Part shown: positions 40,322 through 53,255 of the stretch, piece by piece | How positions within the stretch are numbered: position 1 is the stretch's first letter | Layout of the letters: every line of letters starts with the position of its first letter | Assembly (NCBI GenBank): GCA_951406725.2 | Contig: OX597820.1 | Location: forward strand, 122,884,001 to 122,948,000 | Reading direction: 5' to 3' | DNA: 64,000 bases | Source of the DNA: Octopus vulgaris | Taxonomy: Eukaryota | The notes under the pieces: model-generated | The model's input: only the letters and a program-made list of their open reading frames with translations | Database searches by the model: none | What the model was told of the DNA's origin: nothing | Program-made: the position numbers and the translations under genes

Positions 40322-40596
40322 TTGCTAGTCCTAGCTGGTGGGGGTGCTTGCCTCCCCTTCGCAAATATAAGGACACAGGAAATGTGCCAAAGCCGAAAGG
40401 AGGCGTCGATGCTTCCTAGGGCTAAATAGCGGTGCGGTAATTCCCTTTACGGGACTGTCACGTTATGCTGACTTTATACAACCACTCTCTCTCTCTATAT
40501 ATATACACATATATAAAGGAAATAGCAGTCCTTTGGCTGCTATTTCTAAAATTTTTCGGTATGTGGTCAAGCAACTTGTTGCTAAACCCTTATTGT

Positions 40597-40651
<55 letters not shown>

Positions 40652-40898
40652 ATATAGGTGTGTGTATGTATATATATATATATATATATGTGTGTGTATA
40701 TATATGTGTGTGTACATATATATGTGTATATATATATATGTATATATATATATATGTGTGTGTATATATATGTGTATATATATGTGTGTGTATATATATA
40801 TATGCGTGTGTATATATATATACGTGTGTATATATATATATGTCTGTATATATATATATATATATATATGTGTATATATATATGTGTATGTATATATT

Positions 40899-40937
<39 letters not shown>

Positions 40938-40948
40938 GCACGTATATG

Positions 40949-40983
<35 letters not shown>

Positions 40984-41461
40984 ATAATTAGTTTCTGCTA
41001 TCTCTAACACTTATATATTCGAAATTTGAGACAAACAGAATTCTTTTTCGACCGACTTCGATATCAGTTGTTACTGCATTTCTAAATGGTCTGAAGCCGC
41101 ATGACTGCCTCCACTTCATCAAGTGTATTTATATAAATATCCGAATTAAGCAGGCTTTGAATCAATTCGCTAAACAAAAGTTATATTTCATTCACTAAGC
41201 ATAAAACACGCTAGGTCACCGTCTCTCCCATCCTAAACATCAACACAGACATCTCTTTCAGCGTGAAGCAGTTGTGATGGGCGCCAATCTGTCCGAGTTT
41301 CACTTGCTGCATTGACCTGCTTCCAGATCCGATAATCTGTCAAAATAATGAGTAAAACGGATTCAATGAATACCTATTTTTAACAGTACACACTCACACA
41401 CGCGCGGAAGCATACATACCAGCACACTGTATATATATTCATTTACGAAATATATATATAT

Positions 41462-41692
41462 GTTTCTTTACTACCCACAAGAGGCTAAACATAGAGGGGA
41501 CAAACAAGGACAGACATAGGTTTTAAGTCGATTACATCGACCCCAGTGCGTAACTGGTACTTATTTAATCGACCCCGTAAGGATGAAAGGCAAAGTCGAC
41601 CTCGGCGGAATTTGAACTCAGAACGTAGCGGCAGACGAAATACCGCTTAGCATTTCGCCCGGTGTGCTAACGTTTCTGCCAGTTCGTCGCCT
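41462..41692 (-). mobile_element. SINE family B, full length
   Basis: TSD TTTACGAAATATATATAT on both sides. Confidence 0.92.
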
Positions 41693-41776
41693 TTACGAAA
41701 TATATATATTTACGAAATATATGCCTTCATCTGCATGTATATGTGTAGCTCTTTCTCTCTCCCTCTATCTACCTGT

Positions 41777-42045
41777 ACTCTCTCTTTACTCTTTTACTTG
41801 TTTCAGTCATTTGACTGTGGCCATGCTGGAGTACCTCCTTTAGTCGAGCAAATCGACCCCAAAACTTATTTTTTGTAAGCCTAATACTTATTCTATCGGG
41901 GTCTTTTGCCAAATCGCTAAGTCATGGGCACGAAAACACATTAGCATCAGTTGTCAAGCGATGTTGGAGAAACAAACACAAACTTATAAACACACATACA
42001 TATATATATACATATATACGACGGGCTTCTTACAGTTTCCGTCTA
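41777..42045 (-). mobile_element. SINE family C 3' half
   Basis: Matches 5925-6205. Confidence 0.85.
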
Positions 42046-42061
42046 TATATGTTTCCGTCTA

Positions 42062-42382
<321 letters not shown>

Positions 42383-42396
42383 GTATATATATATAT

Positions 42397-43235
42397 GCAA
42401 TACCCAATGAATACACTGGACCCGGAGGGATTGCAATCCCAGAGGCACAATCAGTGCGTGACCTGGGTATTCACATGAGTGATGACGCGACCTTTCATGT
42501 ACATGTTGCTAAACTGACAATGAAATGTAGACGGCTGGCTGGATGGATTCTTAGAACCTTTAGAACAAGAGAACAAGAAACCATGATGGTCCTCTGGAAG
42601 ACACTTGTCCTAAGCCACTTTGACTATTGCTCTCAGCTATGGTCACCATCCAGTGTCAAGTTGATCACAGAACTTGAGGCGATCCAACGAAGCTACACAA
42701 AGAAGATAGCCTCTATGCAGAATGTAAGCTACTGGGAAAGACTCAAGAGATTAAAATTATATTCCCTGGAGCGTAGGCGGGAAAAGATATGCCATAATAT
42801 ACATCTGGAAGATCCTGGAGGGAAGTGTCCTGAACTTTGGCATCGAGAGTTACGCAAATGCCAGAACTGGGCGCCACTGCGTGGTGCCTAGGACTCCAAA
42901 CCTGCCATCAAGATGTAGGACAAGATTCTGTGATAGCCTGGGCTTCCGAGGCCCACAGCTCTTCAATATCCTCCCGAAGAACCTGAGAGACCTGCATGGG
43001 GTGGATACAAATGTCTTTAAAATGAAGCTGGATCTCTTCCTGTCAGGTGTCCCAGATGAACCAACTTCACGGCAGGAGGGGCAGATGAGGGCAGCTGCAT
43101 CGAACTCTCTCATGCACCAAATAGCAGTTGCTAGAAAGCCTCCATGAAGTGAAACCAAGTATGAACACCAAATGGCGGTGCCCCAGCATGGCCACAGCTC
43201 ATAAGCTGAAACTAGAATCAATCAATCAATCAATC
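42397..43235 (+). mobile_element. 5'-truncated CR1-type LINE (second subfamily) with (ATCA)n tail
   Basis: [48 protein letters not shown]. One frameshift. Starts in (TA)n. Confidence 0.92.
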
Positions 43236-43422
43236 ACAAGCTGCTTTCCGGGATCCCAGATGAACCCACTGCAAGGTACGAAGGTAACCTAAGGGCAGCA
43301 GCTACAAACTCTCTCTTAGATCAGTGGCCAGCCACGGCAAACTGGACTTAGAGAGGGTAGCAACAAGGGTGGTGCCCCAGCATGGCCTCAGCCGGATGGC
43401 TGGAACAAGTAAAAGAGTAAAA
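43236..43422 (+). mobile_element. 3' end of a third CR1-type subfamily
   Basis: [21 protein letters not shown], then GGTGCCCCAGCATGGCC..GGAACAAGTAAAAGAGTAAAA. Confidence 0.8.
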
Positions 43423-43428
43423 AATATA

Positions 43429-43727
<299 letters not shown>

Positions 43728-43738
43728 GTATATATGTA

Positions 43739-43845
<107 letters not shown>

Positions 43846-43846
43846 G

Positions 43847-43877
<31 letters not shown>

Positions 43878-43908
43878 GTATATATATATGTATATATATA
43901 TATGTATA

Positions 43909-44004
<96 letters not shown>

Positions 44005-44008
44005 CATA

Positions 44009-44082
<74 letters not shown>

Positions 44083-44085
44083 CTA

Positions 44086-44842
44086 CAGGGCTTCGACTAA
44101 ATAATGGGAATTTTTAAAATTTCATACAAATATATTTCAATATGGGGTAGGACCGCCTTTGGCAGTAATTACAGCTTGAATTCTACGAGGTATGATCTCG
44201 TACAAAGTTCGAATTCTTTCCAAAGGAATTTTTGTCCATTTTTCAGCTAAAACAGTCTCCAGTTCTTGCAGAGATTATGGTGGAGGATATCGACTTCTTA
44301 CTTGTTTTTATGAAATGCACAATAAATGTTCAATAATATTGAGATCTGGGGATTGTGGAATCCAGATAAGATGTTCAACTTCACTAGAATGTTCCTCGTG
44401 CCATTCAGTAACAACTTTAGCTGTGTGGATTGGAGCATCATCCTCCTGAAAGATTGCGTCTCCCTCTGGAAACAGTTCCGCAACCATAGAATGAATTTGA
44501 TCAGATAAAATACTTAAATAGTCTTCACTGTTAATTCTGCCATGAAACGAAACCATTGGGCTTGCGGATTTGCAAGATATAGCCCCCCCCCCCAGATCAT
44601 CAGAGATCGTCCTCCATGTTTAACAGTTGGAAAAAGGCATTCTGGGTCAAATGCTTCTTTTGGCTGTCTCCACAAGTATACTCGGCCGCTGGTCGGAAAT
44701 AAGGTAAAGAATAACCCGTCCAAAAAAATAACATTCTTCCACTGATCTAAAGACCAATTATATAGGTTTTTACTCCACTTTAAATGCTTTGCAGTGTTTG
44801 TTTTTGAAAGTGGTGGTTTTTCTATTGCAGCCCTCCCGTAAC
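44086..44842 (-). mobile_element. Tc1-family transposon, 3' half (frameshifted transposase)
   Basis: TA|CAGGG terminus. WKNVIFLD, PTVKHGG..IWG, IFQEDDAPIH, WIPQSPDLNIIEHL, AKGGPTPY* (stop 44137-44139). Confidence 0.92.
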
Positions 44843-44849
44843 CAAGTAA

Positions 44850-47340
44850 TAAAACAATAACTCACATAGAAGCGAAATCTAGCACAACAACTCAAGGGTC
44901 AAAAGTATCCCGTATGTGAGGTGACATTTCGTAGAAAAACTTTGAAAGTGAAAGGTTTTTGTATTAAAAAGTACGTCAAACTTATTTAGCCCAGACTGGA
45001 CGGAACTATTTAATTTATGGGACTTCCCCATCAATATATTTTGTTATAATGTAAACGGCTCTTATGCCAGTTCAAATAAGGCGTCGGAGGAGTTACAAAA
45101 GAAATCAAAAATGGTTTTTCCTTATGTTTTTTCTGAAGAAGTAAGTAGGTGTAAAAGTAAAATTTCAAGGGAAAGGAAACGCTGTGCCGGTATTTAAACC
45201 GAAGCGAGTTGTTCCTTTCGCGGCGTTGAATCAAGTCAACAAGGAATTGGATAGACTTGGAGAGCTTGGAGTTATAGAAAAAAATTGATTATTCAGAATG
45301 GGCATCACCACCTGTTTATATAAAGAAAAAAAAATACAAGTATTCACTGGCTTTTCAACAGAATTGAACGAATGTTTGATGACATACAATTACCCATTAC
45401 CTAGTTTGAAGGAAATTTTTGCGAAACTCAATGGAGGAAAATGTTTTTTAAAGTTGGACTTGTCGGAGGTGCATTTACAGTTCCAAATCGAGGAGGAATG
45501 TTCGAAATTATTAACGATAAACACCCATAAACGTTTATATAAATCCAGTCGGCTTCCTTTTGGGATAAAGCTGGTACTTAGTATTTTCCAACAGGTGATG
45601 GTCACTATGCTTGCGGATATGGATTTCGCTATAGCTTACTTGGATGATATACTCATAAAAAGTGCGTCTGGAGGCTAGCATGAGGAACATATTAAAAAGG
45701 TCTTTGAAAGACTAAAGGAGTATGGATTTAAACTTAGCGAGGGAAAAGGCAAACTTTTCATGCCAGAAATAAAGTATCTAGGGCTAGTTATCGATAAAAA
45801 TGGTCGCCGGGCAGATCTTTCAAGCCCCACTGCAATACAAAATATGCCTCCCCCGGAAAAATATTACAACGATACAAACATTCTTCGGGATCGCAAACTA
45901 TTACCAAACATATATACCGAATATACATGAGCTAAGAGCAGCCCTAAACAAACTATCGGAATAAAGACGTTAAATGGTATTGGTCGAAGAGGTGCCAAAA
46001 AGCTTTCGAAGAAATTAGAAAAGTTTTAACATCGAAACTGTCATTAACGCACTTTGATCCAAATTAAAAAATAGTAGCAGAATTAGATGCCAGCGAAAGT
46101 GGTGAAGCGGTAATTTTACACAAGTATGAAAATGGTTGCCTAAAACCCCTCGCTCATGCTTCACGTTGAAAAAGCTACAGCCAAATTGGGAAGGCGGCAT
46201 TAGCCATTATTTTTGCGGTGAAAAAATATAGTAAATTCATACATGGAAGGAAATTCAGTCTGCGGACAGATCACCACCCATTGTTGTTTATTTACGGATC
46301 GAAAAAATGTATCCCCACCCAAACAGCCAAACGATTGCAGCGCTGGGGGACGATCCTGCTAAATTATGACATTAAGATGGAATTTCTACCATCGGAAAAA
46401 ATTGGGGCATGCAGATGGGCTGTCACGATTGATACCTAAATACAATGAACCGTTAGAGGACGCAATAATAGCGGCATTAAAAACTGAAATCGAAATATAT
46501 GATATACTCTGCAACGTGGTACGCGAACTACCTGTCACTTGAGAGGATATAAAAACTAAAGCATAGAAGGATGTGCTAATAATAAGAATGAAAAAAATAG
46601 TGAAGTCAGAAAGAAATGCAAAAGCTCATGTGTCCGAGAGTACCACATTTACGAAATGGTATTCGATATGTGGTGACCTACATATGTACTCTCAGAGGAG
46701 GCATACCTGTTACTTTGCTAAATCGTATGCTAAAAGAACTCCACATGGGACATCTAGGAATCGCGAGAATGAAAGTACTGATGAGGAAAGAACTGATGAA
46801 AGTACTGATGAGGAAAGTACTGATGAAAGTACTGATGAGGAAAGAACTGATGAAAGTACTGATGAGGAAAGTACTGATGAAAGTACTGATGAGGAAAGTA
46901 CTGATGAAAGTACTGATGAAAGTACTGATGAGGGTCGAATATGGATCAGGATATTGAAAAAATGGTGAAAGCCTGCAGGGATTCTACCCTGGCAGCGAAA
47001 GCACCACCTATAAAAATTCAGCCCTGGCCCAAGACTGATCCAGATTATATATAGACTTTGCAGGACCGTTAAATGGAGGGTATTATCTAATAGTTGTGGA
47101 TAGTTACACAGAATGGCCGGAAATATGTAAATGTAGGAAGCCAACCCCCAAAATAACGATGGAATTTCTGGACGATCTTTTCGAGTTATATGGCGTCCCA
47201 GACACTATTGTGTCTGATAACGGAACATAGTTCACGTCGAAGGAATTTAAAACCTTTTGCAAATTGCATGCAATGGAGCATATTTCTAGTCCGCCTTACC
47301 ATCCAAGGTCGAATGGGACATTTTGTAGACTCGGAAAAGA
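44850..47340 (+). mobile_element. Degraded Ty3/Gypsy pol (RT, RNase H, integrase)
   Basis: YPLP..IFAKLNGG..KLDLS, RLPFGI, AYLDDILI, FSLRTDHHPL..RLQRW, LHMGHLGIARMK, IDFAGP, VSDNG. Order is RT-RH-IN. Confidence 0.92.
46768..46934 (+). repeat. 27-bp tandem repeat expansion inside the integrase zinc-binding region
   Basis: (ATGAAAGTACTGATGAGGAAAG[A/T]ACTG) x ~6, reading MKVLMRK(E/V)L. Confidence 0.9.
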
Positions 47341-47500
47341 AAGCAAACAGAAGTTTTGCAAATAGAGCCAAAGCAAAAGATATATTCCAATTTCTTCTCG
47401 GAGAATTATGTAAAAAAGAAAGTGGGAATGGTGGTAATAAATATATAATCAACAAAAGAAAGATATTAACTTTGAAGGAAGTCAAGCTCAAAAAGGGAGA

Positions 47501-47738
47501 TGTTGAGGTGAAATCTTGACACCCCTGCGGGAAAGCAAGTTAACTGTCCTAAACCTTATAAAGGTGCATGCAGAATGACAGTACGGGGTTAAGTGTGGTG
47601 TGTGTAGTCGTATGTGTGAAGACACTCGTAGAATTCGTTGAAAAGAGATGTGTCTGTTACGTGTTTGTTACTGATTTAGCTTTTCTAGTGTTATAAAACT
47701 GTTACAGTTTAGTCTATATCCAAACGCAAGGATATAAT
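47501..47738 (+). mobile_element. Gypsy 3' LTR
   Basis: Polypurine tract AAAAAGGGAGA immediately before TGTTG. TATAAA inside. The right end is approximate. Confidence 0.65.
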
Positions 47739-48692
47739 ATATATATGCATATATATTTATATGTACGTATATATCTATGTCTCTATGTGTGTGAGTGTGT
47801 GCGTGCGTGTATGTATGTATATATGTATGTATATGAGTGTATGAATATATGCCTACATACGACAGATTTCTATTTGGCCTAAAACATCTTGGACTCTTGA
47901 ATTTAGGCAGATTCCTGCAATTTGGGGTCTGCGTATTGGGGATATATTACAAATAAGAGATGCTATAAATCAATTTTCCTAGAAGTATGCCGATATCTGT
48001 GTTAAAAATTTCCATTTCAGAATCGGACAGCAATTTGCCTCACCTTATTTTCTAATAAATCGAATGTTGTATCCTTTTATTAAAAATAAAGAAAAACACA
48101 ACCGCAAATTTAAAAATACCAGACAAAGTCAGTACAATGTTTAAAATGTCTGCTGACTTGCAAACACTTTCATCCTTTCAGCCTAATATAAAAATATTAA
48201 AACAAAATAAAATAAAATATAACTTATCCTTTAACATAAAAGAAAAGCCATAAAGAATTCTATCAATGAACATGATCATAAAAAGTAAAGACAAAATGAA
48301 TTATAAACACGAACCGTGAACATGAAAATCTCAAACAGTCACAGAAAAACAGATTTTTTTTTTTATATTTAAATACGATATTCTTTTGGTGAGCACATAG
48401 AATTTTCATTTATGTTATTGATTTTTAGCACCCCAAATATTAAAATTTAATACATTGGCGAAAACATATAACAAATTTATTGGTGTAAATAAATAAAAAC
48501 TTTCATAGGCACATACATATGTAAATACACTGGAAACACGACGCATATATGGCACAAACACACACACACACACACAAATATGCATTCATCTATTCACATA
48601 TTAATTCAAATATATAAAATGAATGACGGTAAAAGCATGCATCATACGCGCATGCTTACAGACTGACAGTCGCACTCACACACATGCATATA

Positions 48693-48734
<42 letters not shown>

Positions 48735-50194
48735 TAGTGGTACTCACAGTTACATCAGTTGTTATCATTCTGCTTTTCTTTGTCTATGTCTATAAATATA
48801 GGAGAGTTTACTGTGCTTTTTTTTCCTATTTAGATCTCGCTATGCAAATACTCCTCTTTTACAGGCAGAGCTTCCATTTTAACACACATAATCGTCAGCC
48901 ATGAATATTCTATCTCGACCATTATGTATTTACTCTCGGCTATATTGATGTCGGCTACGCACTTGTTCGTATCAAAGAGATATATCAAAACATGCGTCAA
49001 CAGCAACATAAAATGAAAGATGAACAATTACATCAAAACACTGTAGCAATAAATAAAAACCAACATAAATACAGGGAACGAAATTGAATGTGTCTGAAAT
49101 GATTTCTGTAGAGTATTTCTGTCGATTAAAAATGTTAGAGGTTCGGTGTACAAAGGCAATCAAATAAGGATCGGTTTTGTGCGTGACTGTGTCCATGTGT
49201 TCATGCTTGCTTATGTGTATGTGTGTGTGTGTGTATGTACATATGTGCGTAAATGCAAGCATGAGAAAATGTACTGATTACATATAATTGAATTGCTTAT
49301 TCGACAAAGACTATAGGTTCTCAAGCAATACACTAAGATTTACTGTGCTGCTCTTTGGATCCTAAGACCATGTGCAAAAGCACAAATAAATAAAACTATA
49401 ATTTTGTGGGCTGATGTTTTCACCAGCAACACACCAAAAGCTAAATAGAATTACAATAATCTCTTGGAAGGATCCTTTTGTGCCACCGAATCAGCGCTTT
49501 CTACTAACAGCACATGGAAATGGAGAGACATGTATGAGGATACTAGTAACTGTTGGAAGAGCTGAATAAAGCACAGATATTTAAGAACGGATCAATTCTG
49601 TAACCGCTGACTTACAAATAATTCTTCACGCCATTCTCCATGTTAAATAAATCGTAATTGAAAGGGCGAATTGATTTCAACTTGCAGGGCGCATCTGCAA
49701 ATAAATTATTGTGAATTTGGAAATACCTAGCGGACAACATCGAATTACTGTTGTCGTTTTCTTACTTTCCAACTTCATGATATCTTACTTTGTGATTTTG
49801 TGAAGTGTTCCATTCTGAACGCCTGTCTTTATTACGTTTTCTGTAACCAAACATAAAACAGTAGACCTGATTATTTCTGTTTTCATTTGATAATCAACAT
49901 TCCAAACGGATTTCAGGAAAAATATTTATTTTTTATCATTTCTTTTTAACTGTTGTAAAATATTGAATGTGAAATGTGTTGGTGGTGGATTGTTAACGTA
50001 TGAAAACTATTTGAATTTTTAAAGGGCCCTGTCTTTTTTAGACAAATATTTATTTCTGTACAAAAAAGTTTAGAGATTTTTCCAGTGAAGTTGCAGCGAG
50101 CCAAAACGTTAGACCTGTATCCGGCACCAAACGTTAAACTTGAAACAATGATTTTCACTTATAATATTTTTTACTGCCATAAAATACTAATCTC

Positions 50195-50510
50195 ATTCTC
50201 CTTCTTCTTCTTCCTCCTCCTCCTCCTCCTTCTAATTCTTCTACTTCCTCTTCTTCTCCCCGCTTCTTCTCCTTCTCCTTCTTCTTCTTCTTTTTTCATT
50301 CTTCTTCTTCTTCTTCTTCTTCTTCTCCTCCCCTCTTCTTCTTCTTCTTCTTCTTCTTCTTCTCCTTCTTCTTCTTCTTCTTCTTTTTCTCCTTCTTCTT
50401 CTCCTCCTCTTCCTCCTCCTTCTTCTCCTTCTCCTTCTCCTTCCCCTTGTTCTTCTTCTTCTTCACATCCTCCTCCTCTCCTCCTCCCCCCCTCCTCCTC
50501 CTTCTTCTCC
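50195..50510. repeat. (CTT)n/(CCT)n polypyrimidine tract
   Basis: Directly visible. Confidence 0.95.
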
Positions 50511-51250
50511 TAGCCGCCTACTCAAAAATATATATTCTTTTCCTTTTCCCTTTGTCTCTTGTTCAAAACGCTTCCTTTCAGATATACAGGCACACACGCA
50601 CACGCAGGCATACACACACAAACACACTCTCTCTCACTTTCCCCCTCCACTATCTCCCCATTTCTCTACCTCTATTCCTACCCTATACACTCCACATTAC
50701 TCTACTTTCCCTCTCTCTCTCTCCACCACAACCCATTCACTAATACTGTAAAAAGAGACAAATCCCTTCATAAAATTATAATCCAAAGAATCTATTAGAG
50801 TAGATGAAAGCGCTTATATGTGAAGAGAGAGGAGAAAAAGAGGCATAAATGTTCACAGTTCAACTTCTCCATGTTGTAGAAATAAGTGCATAAGTCTAGG
50901 TGCAATCCTGCCTAGATCCATATGAGTTAAAGTCCTGGTATTGTAAACATCCAGAGAAAGACACGAACATGTCAATGTTCGATAACAGAATGGTAGCGGA
51001 GGAGGCTATTAAGTGGTAAAAGTAAGGACAAGTAAATAAATAGAGTGAGCGGGGGAAGTTAAGGATTGGTATAAGGATAAAGAAAGGTATATAAGCATAT
51101 AGTGTCTAAGAATATGGTGTACAGGGGTCGCCGAGATGACAAGAGAGAGGATGAGGAGGTAGAGGCAGACAACGTGAATAAATAAATAATATTTATATAT
51201 ATATATATGTATTACTTGATATTGAATTATTTTCATGCGCCTTTCTGTTA

Positions 51251-51552
51251 TCTTATATATAAAAGTGAAGTTGTGTGAGTGTCTGTCTCCTACGATTTAG
51301 ATTCCTAACTACTCACACATTTTGCGGTACAGTTTAACCAAAACCGGGTATCTTATAGTCGTGATTCATATCGAGCCCTTCTGGGTATTAGCGCGCGTCT
51401 ACGATGAGTCTACGATTTAAAAAAAGATTTACCATCATTTTTTTCCCATTTTTAATGCATTTTTTTGCTATTATATAAGGGAAGTAACTCTCTAAAATGC
51501 TTATATAGTTATTTCCCTTACAAACCCGAGCAACGCCGGGCGATACTGCTAG
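51251..51552 (+). mobile_element. Complete non-autonomous Helitron
   Basis: A|TC start, CCCGAGCAACGCCGGG hairpin, CTAG|T end, no TSD. Confidence 0.9.
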
Positions 51553-51954
51553 TATATGATAAATTTGAGTTAATACTTTTCAAAACTCGATGAGGAATCT
51601 ATGAAACAGATTTGAAATCCTTCGGAAGCTGTTTTACATCGAGGCCATATTTCTGTCAGAATAATCACTGGACAGCGCTGACATAACTGGCATTTTTCAT
51701 TCTCAATTCCATGATTTGATTGCGCTTCATGCTGGTGCGTACCTGAAGGCTACTGACCAAAGGTTGGGCTGCAAATTACTATCACCCTCTTATAAAATGT
51801 CGGTACAAACACATAACTAAAACCCGAATACCTGAACACTCGTATAAATATACGTACGCCTGCTCCAAAACTCAATTACATAGTCACATATATTACGTAT
51901 ACATATATATAAATATATATATATATGTATGTATATATGTTTGTGTATGTATAC

Positions 51955-52034
<80 letters not shown>

Positions 52035-52055
52035 ACATACACAAACATATATACG

Positions 52056-52094
<39 letters not shown>

Positions 52095-52657
52095 TCGTAG
52101 CTATGTTTATATCTATGTCATAACTATGTATATGTATGTACATGTGTGTGAATATGTCTGTATATGTGTGTGTAGGGGGTGGTGGGCATGGCTGTGTGGT
52201 AGGCTCGCCATACGAATTTAGCAATTAAATTATAAAAGCGAAACTACATTTGGCAACTTCTACTTCTCAGATTCACGAATTATGGATTGATCGTCTTGCT
52301 ATGCAACTTGCCTTCAGCTATTAAATAATTTGCTTCACTTAGCTTCCTGGCTTCGTAGATTCTCAGAACTATTTCCAATATTACAACAGGTTAGATAGAG
52401 TGCGAAGTGCTGTGTAATTTTCTATGTATTCACACATCTAATAATTCTCATTTATACACCCGCTTATTTTTCGGTGGTTATTTATCTTTCGTCATTATAT
52501 CTTACATTAACTGTCTCTCTCTCTCCTTCTCTCTCTCTCTCCTTCTCTCTCCCTCTCACTCTTTATTCCTCTGTCTCCTTCTCCTCGCTCTCTCCCAGAC
52601 TTGTCTCTCTTTCTAGTTGATACATTCACAATCTTTTTCTCCCTAACTCCAATATAC

Positions 52658-52710
<53 letters not shown>

Positions 52711-53126
52711 TGTGTGAGTGCGTACGCGCGCATGTGCGTGTCTTGGTATACATAATGAGGCTATTAAATCTATATTGTGTTTCTATGCAGATATCCCAGT
52801 GTTTACCACCAGGATTTGATATTTACTTTCTGGTATTAAAACTAGATTATGTTTCTATTTTTGACGATTCAGGTAACTTGTCTTTCGATAGATATGCGTG
52901 AGATATTTAGCACTTTCTGTTACGGTACTTCTTTCTCTTCAACGCACAAAGCATGGAAATTTGGGGCAAGGATTTAGGCGATTCCATCGACCCCACTGGC
53001 CAAATGATACTTCTTTCATCGACCCTGAAAGGAAGAAAAGTAAATTCGACCTTAGAAGAATTTGAACTCAGAACCTAAATGACAACAACCACTACCATCA
53101 TAACAACGACAGCAATAATAATAATG

Positions 53127-53172
<46 letters not shown>

Positions 53173-53205
53173 AGCGAGAAACGGAAGAAAATTTGAAGGA
53201 AAAAC

Positions 53206-53255
<50 letters not shown>

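Noticed and set aside
46768-46934. Repeated CTGATGA and GAAA words resembling hammerhead cores, or a CRISPR-like array
   Set aside because: No helices and no unique spacers. Fully explained by amplification of integrase codons.
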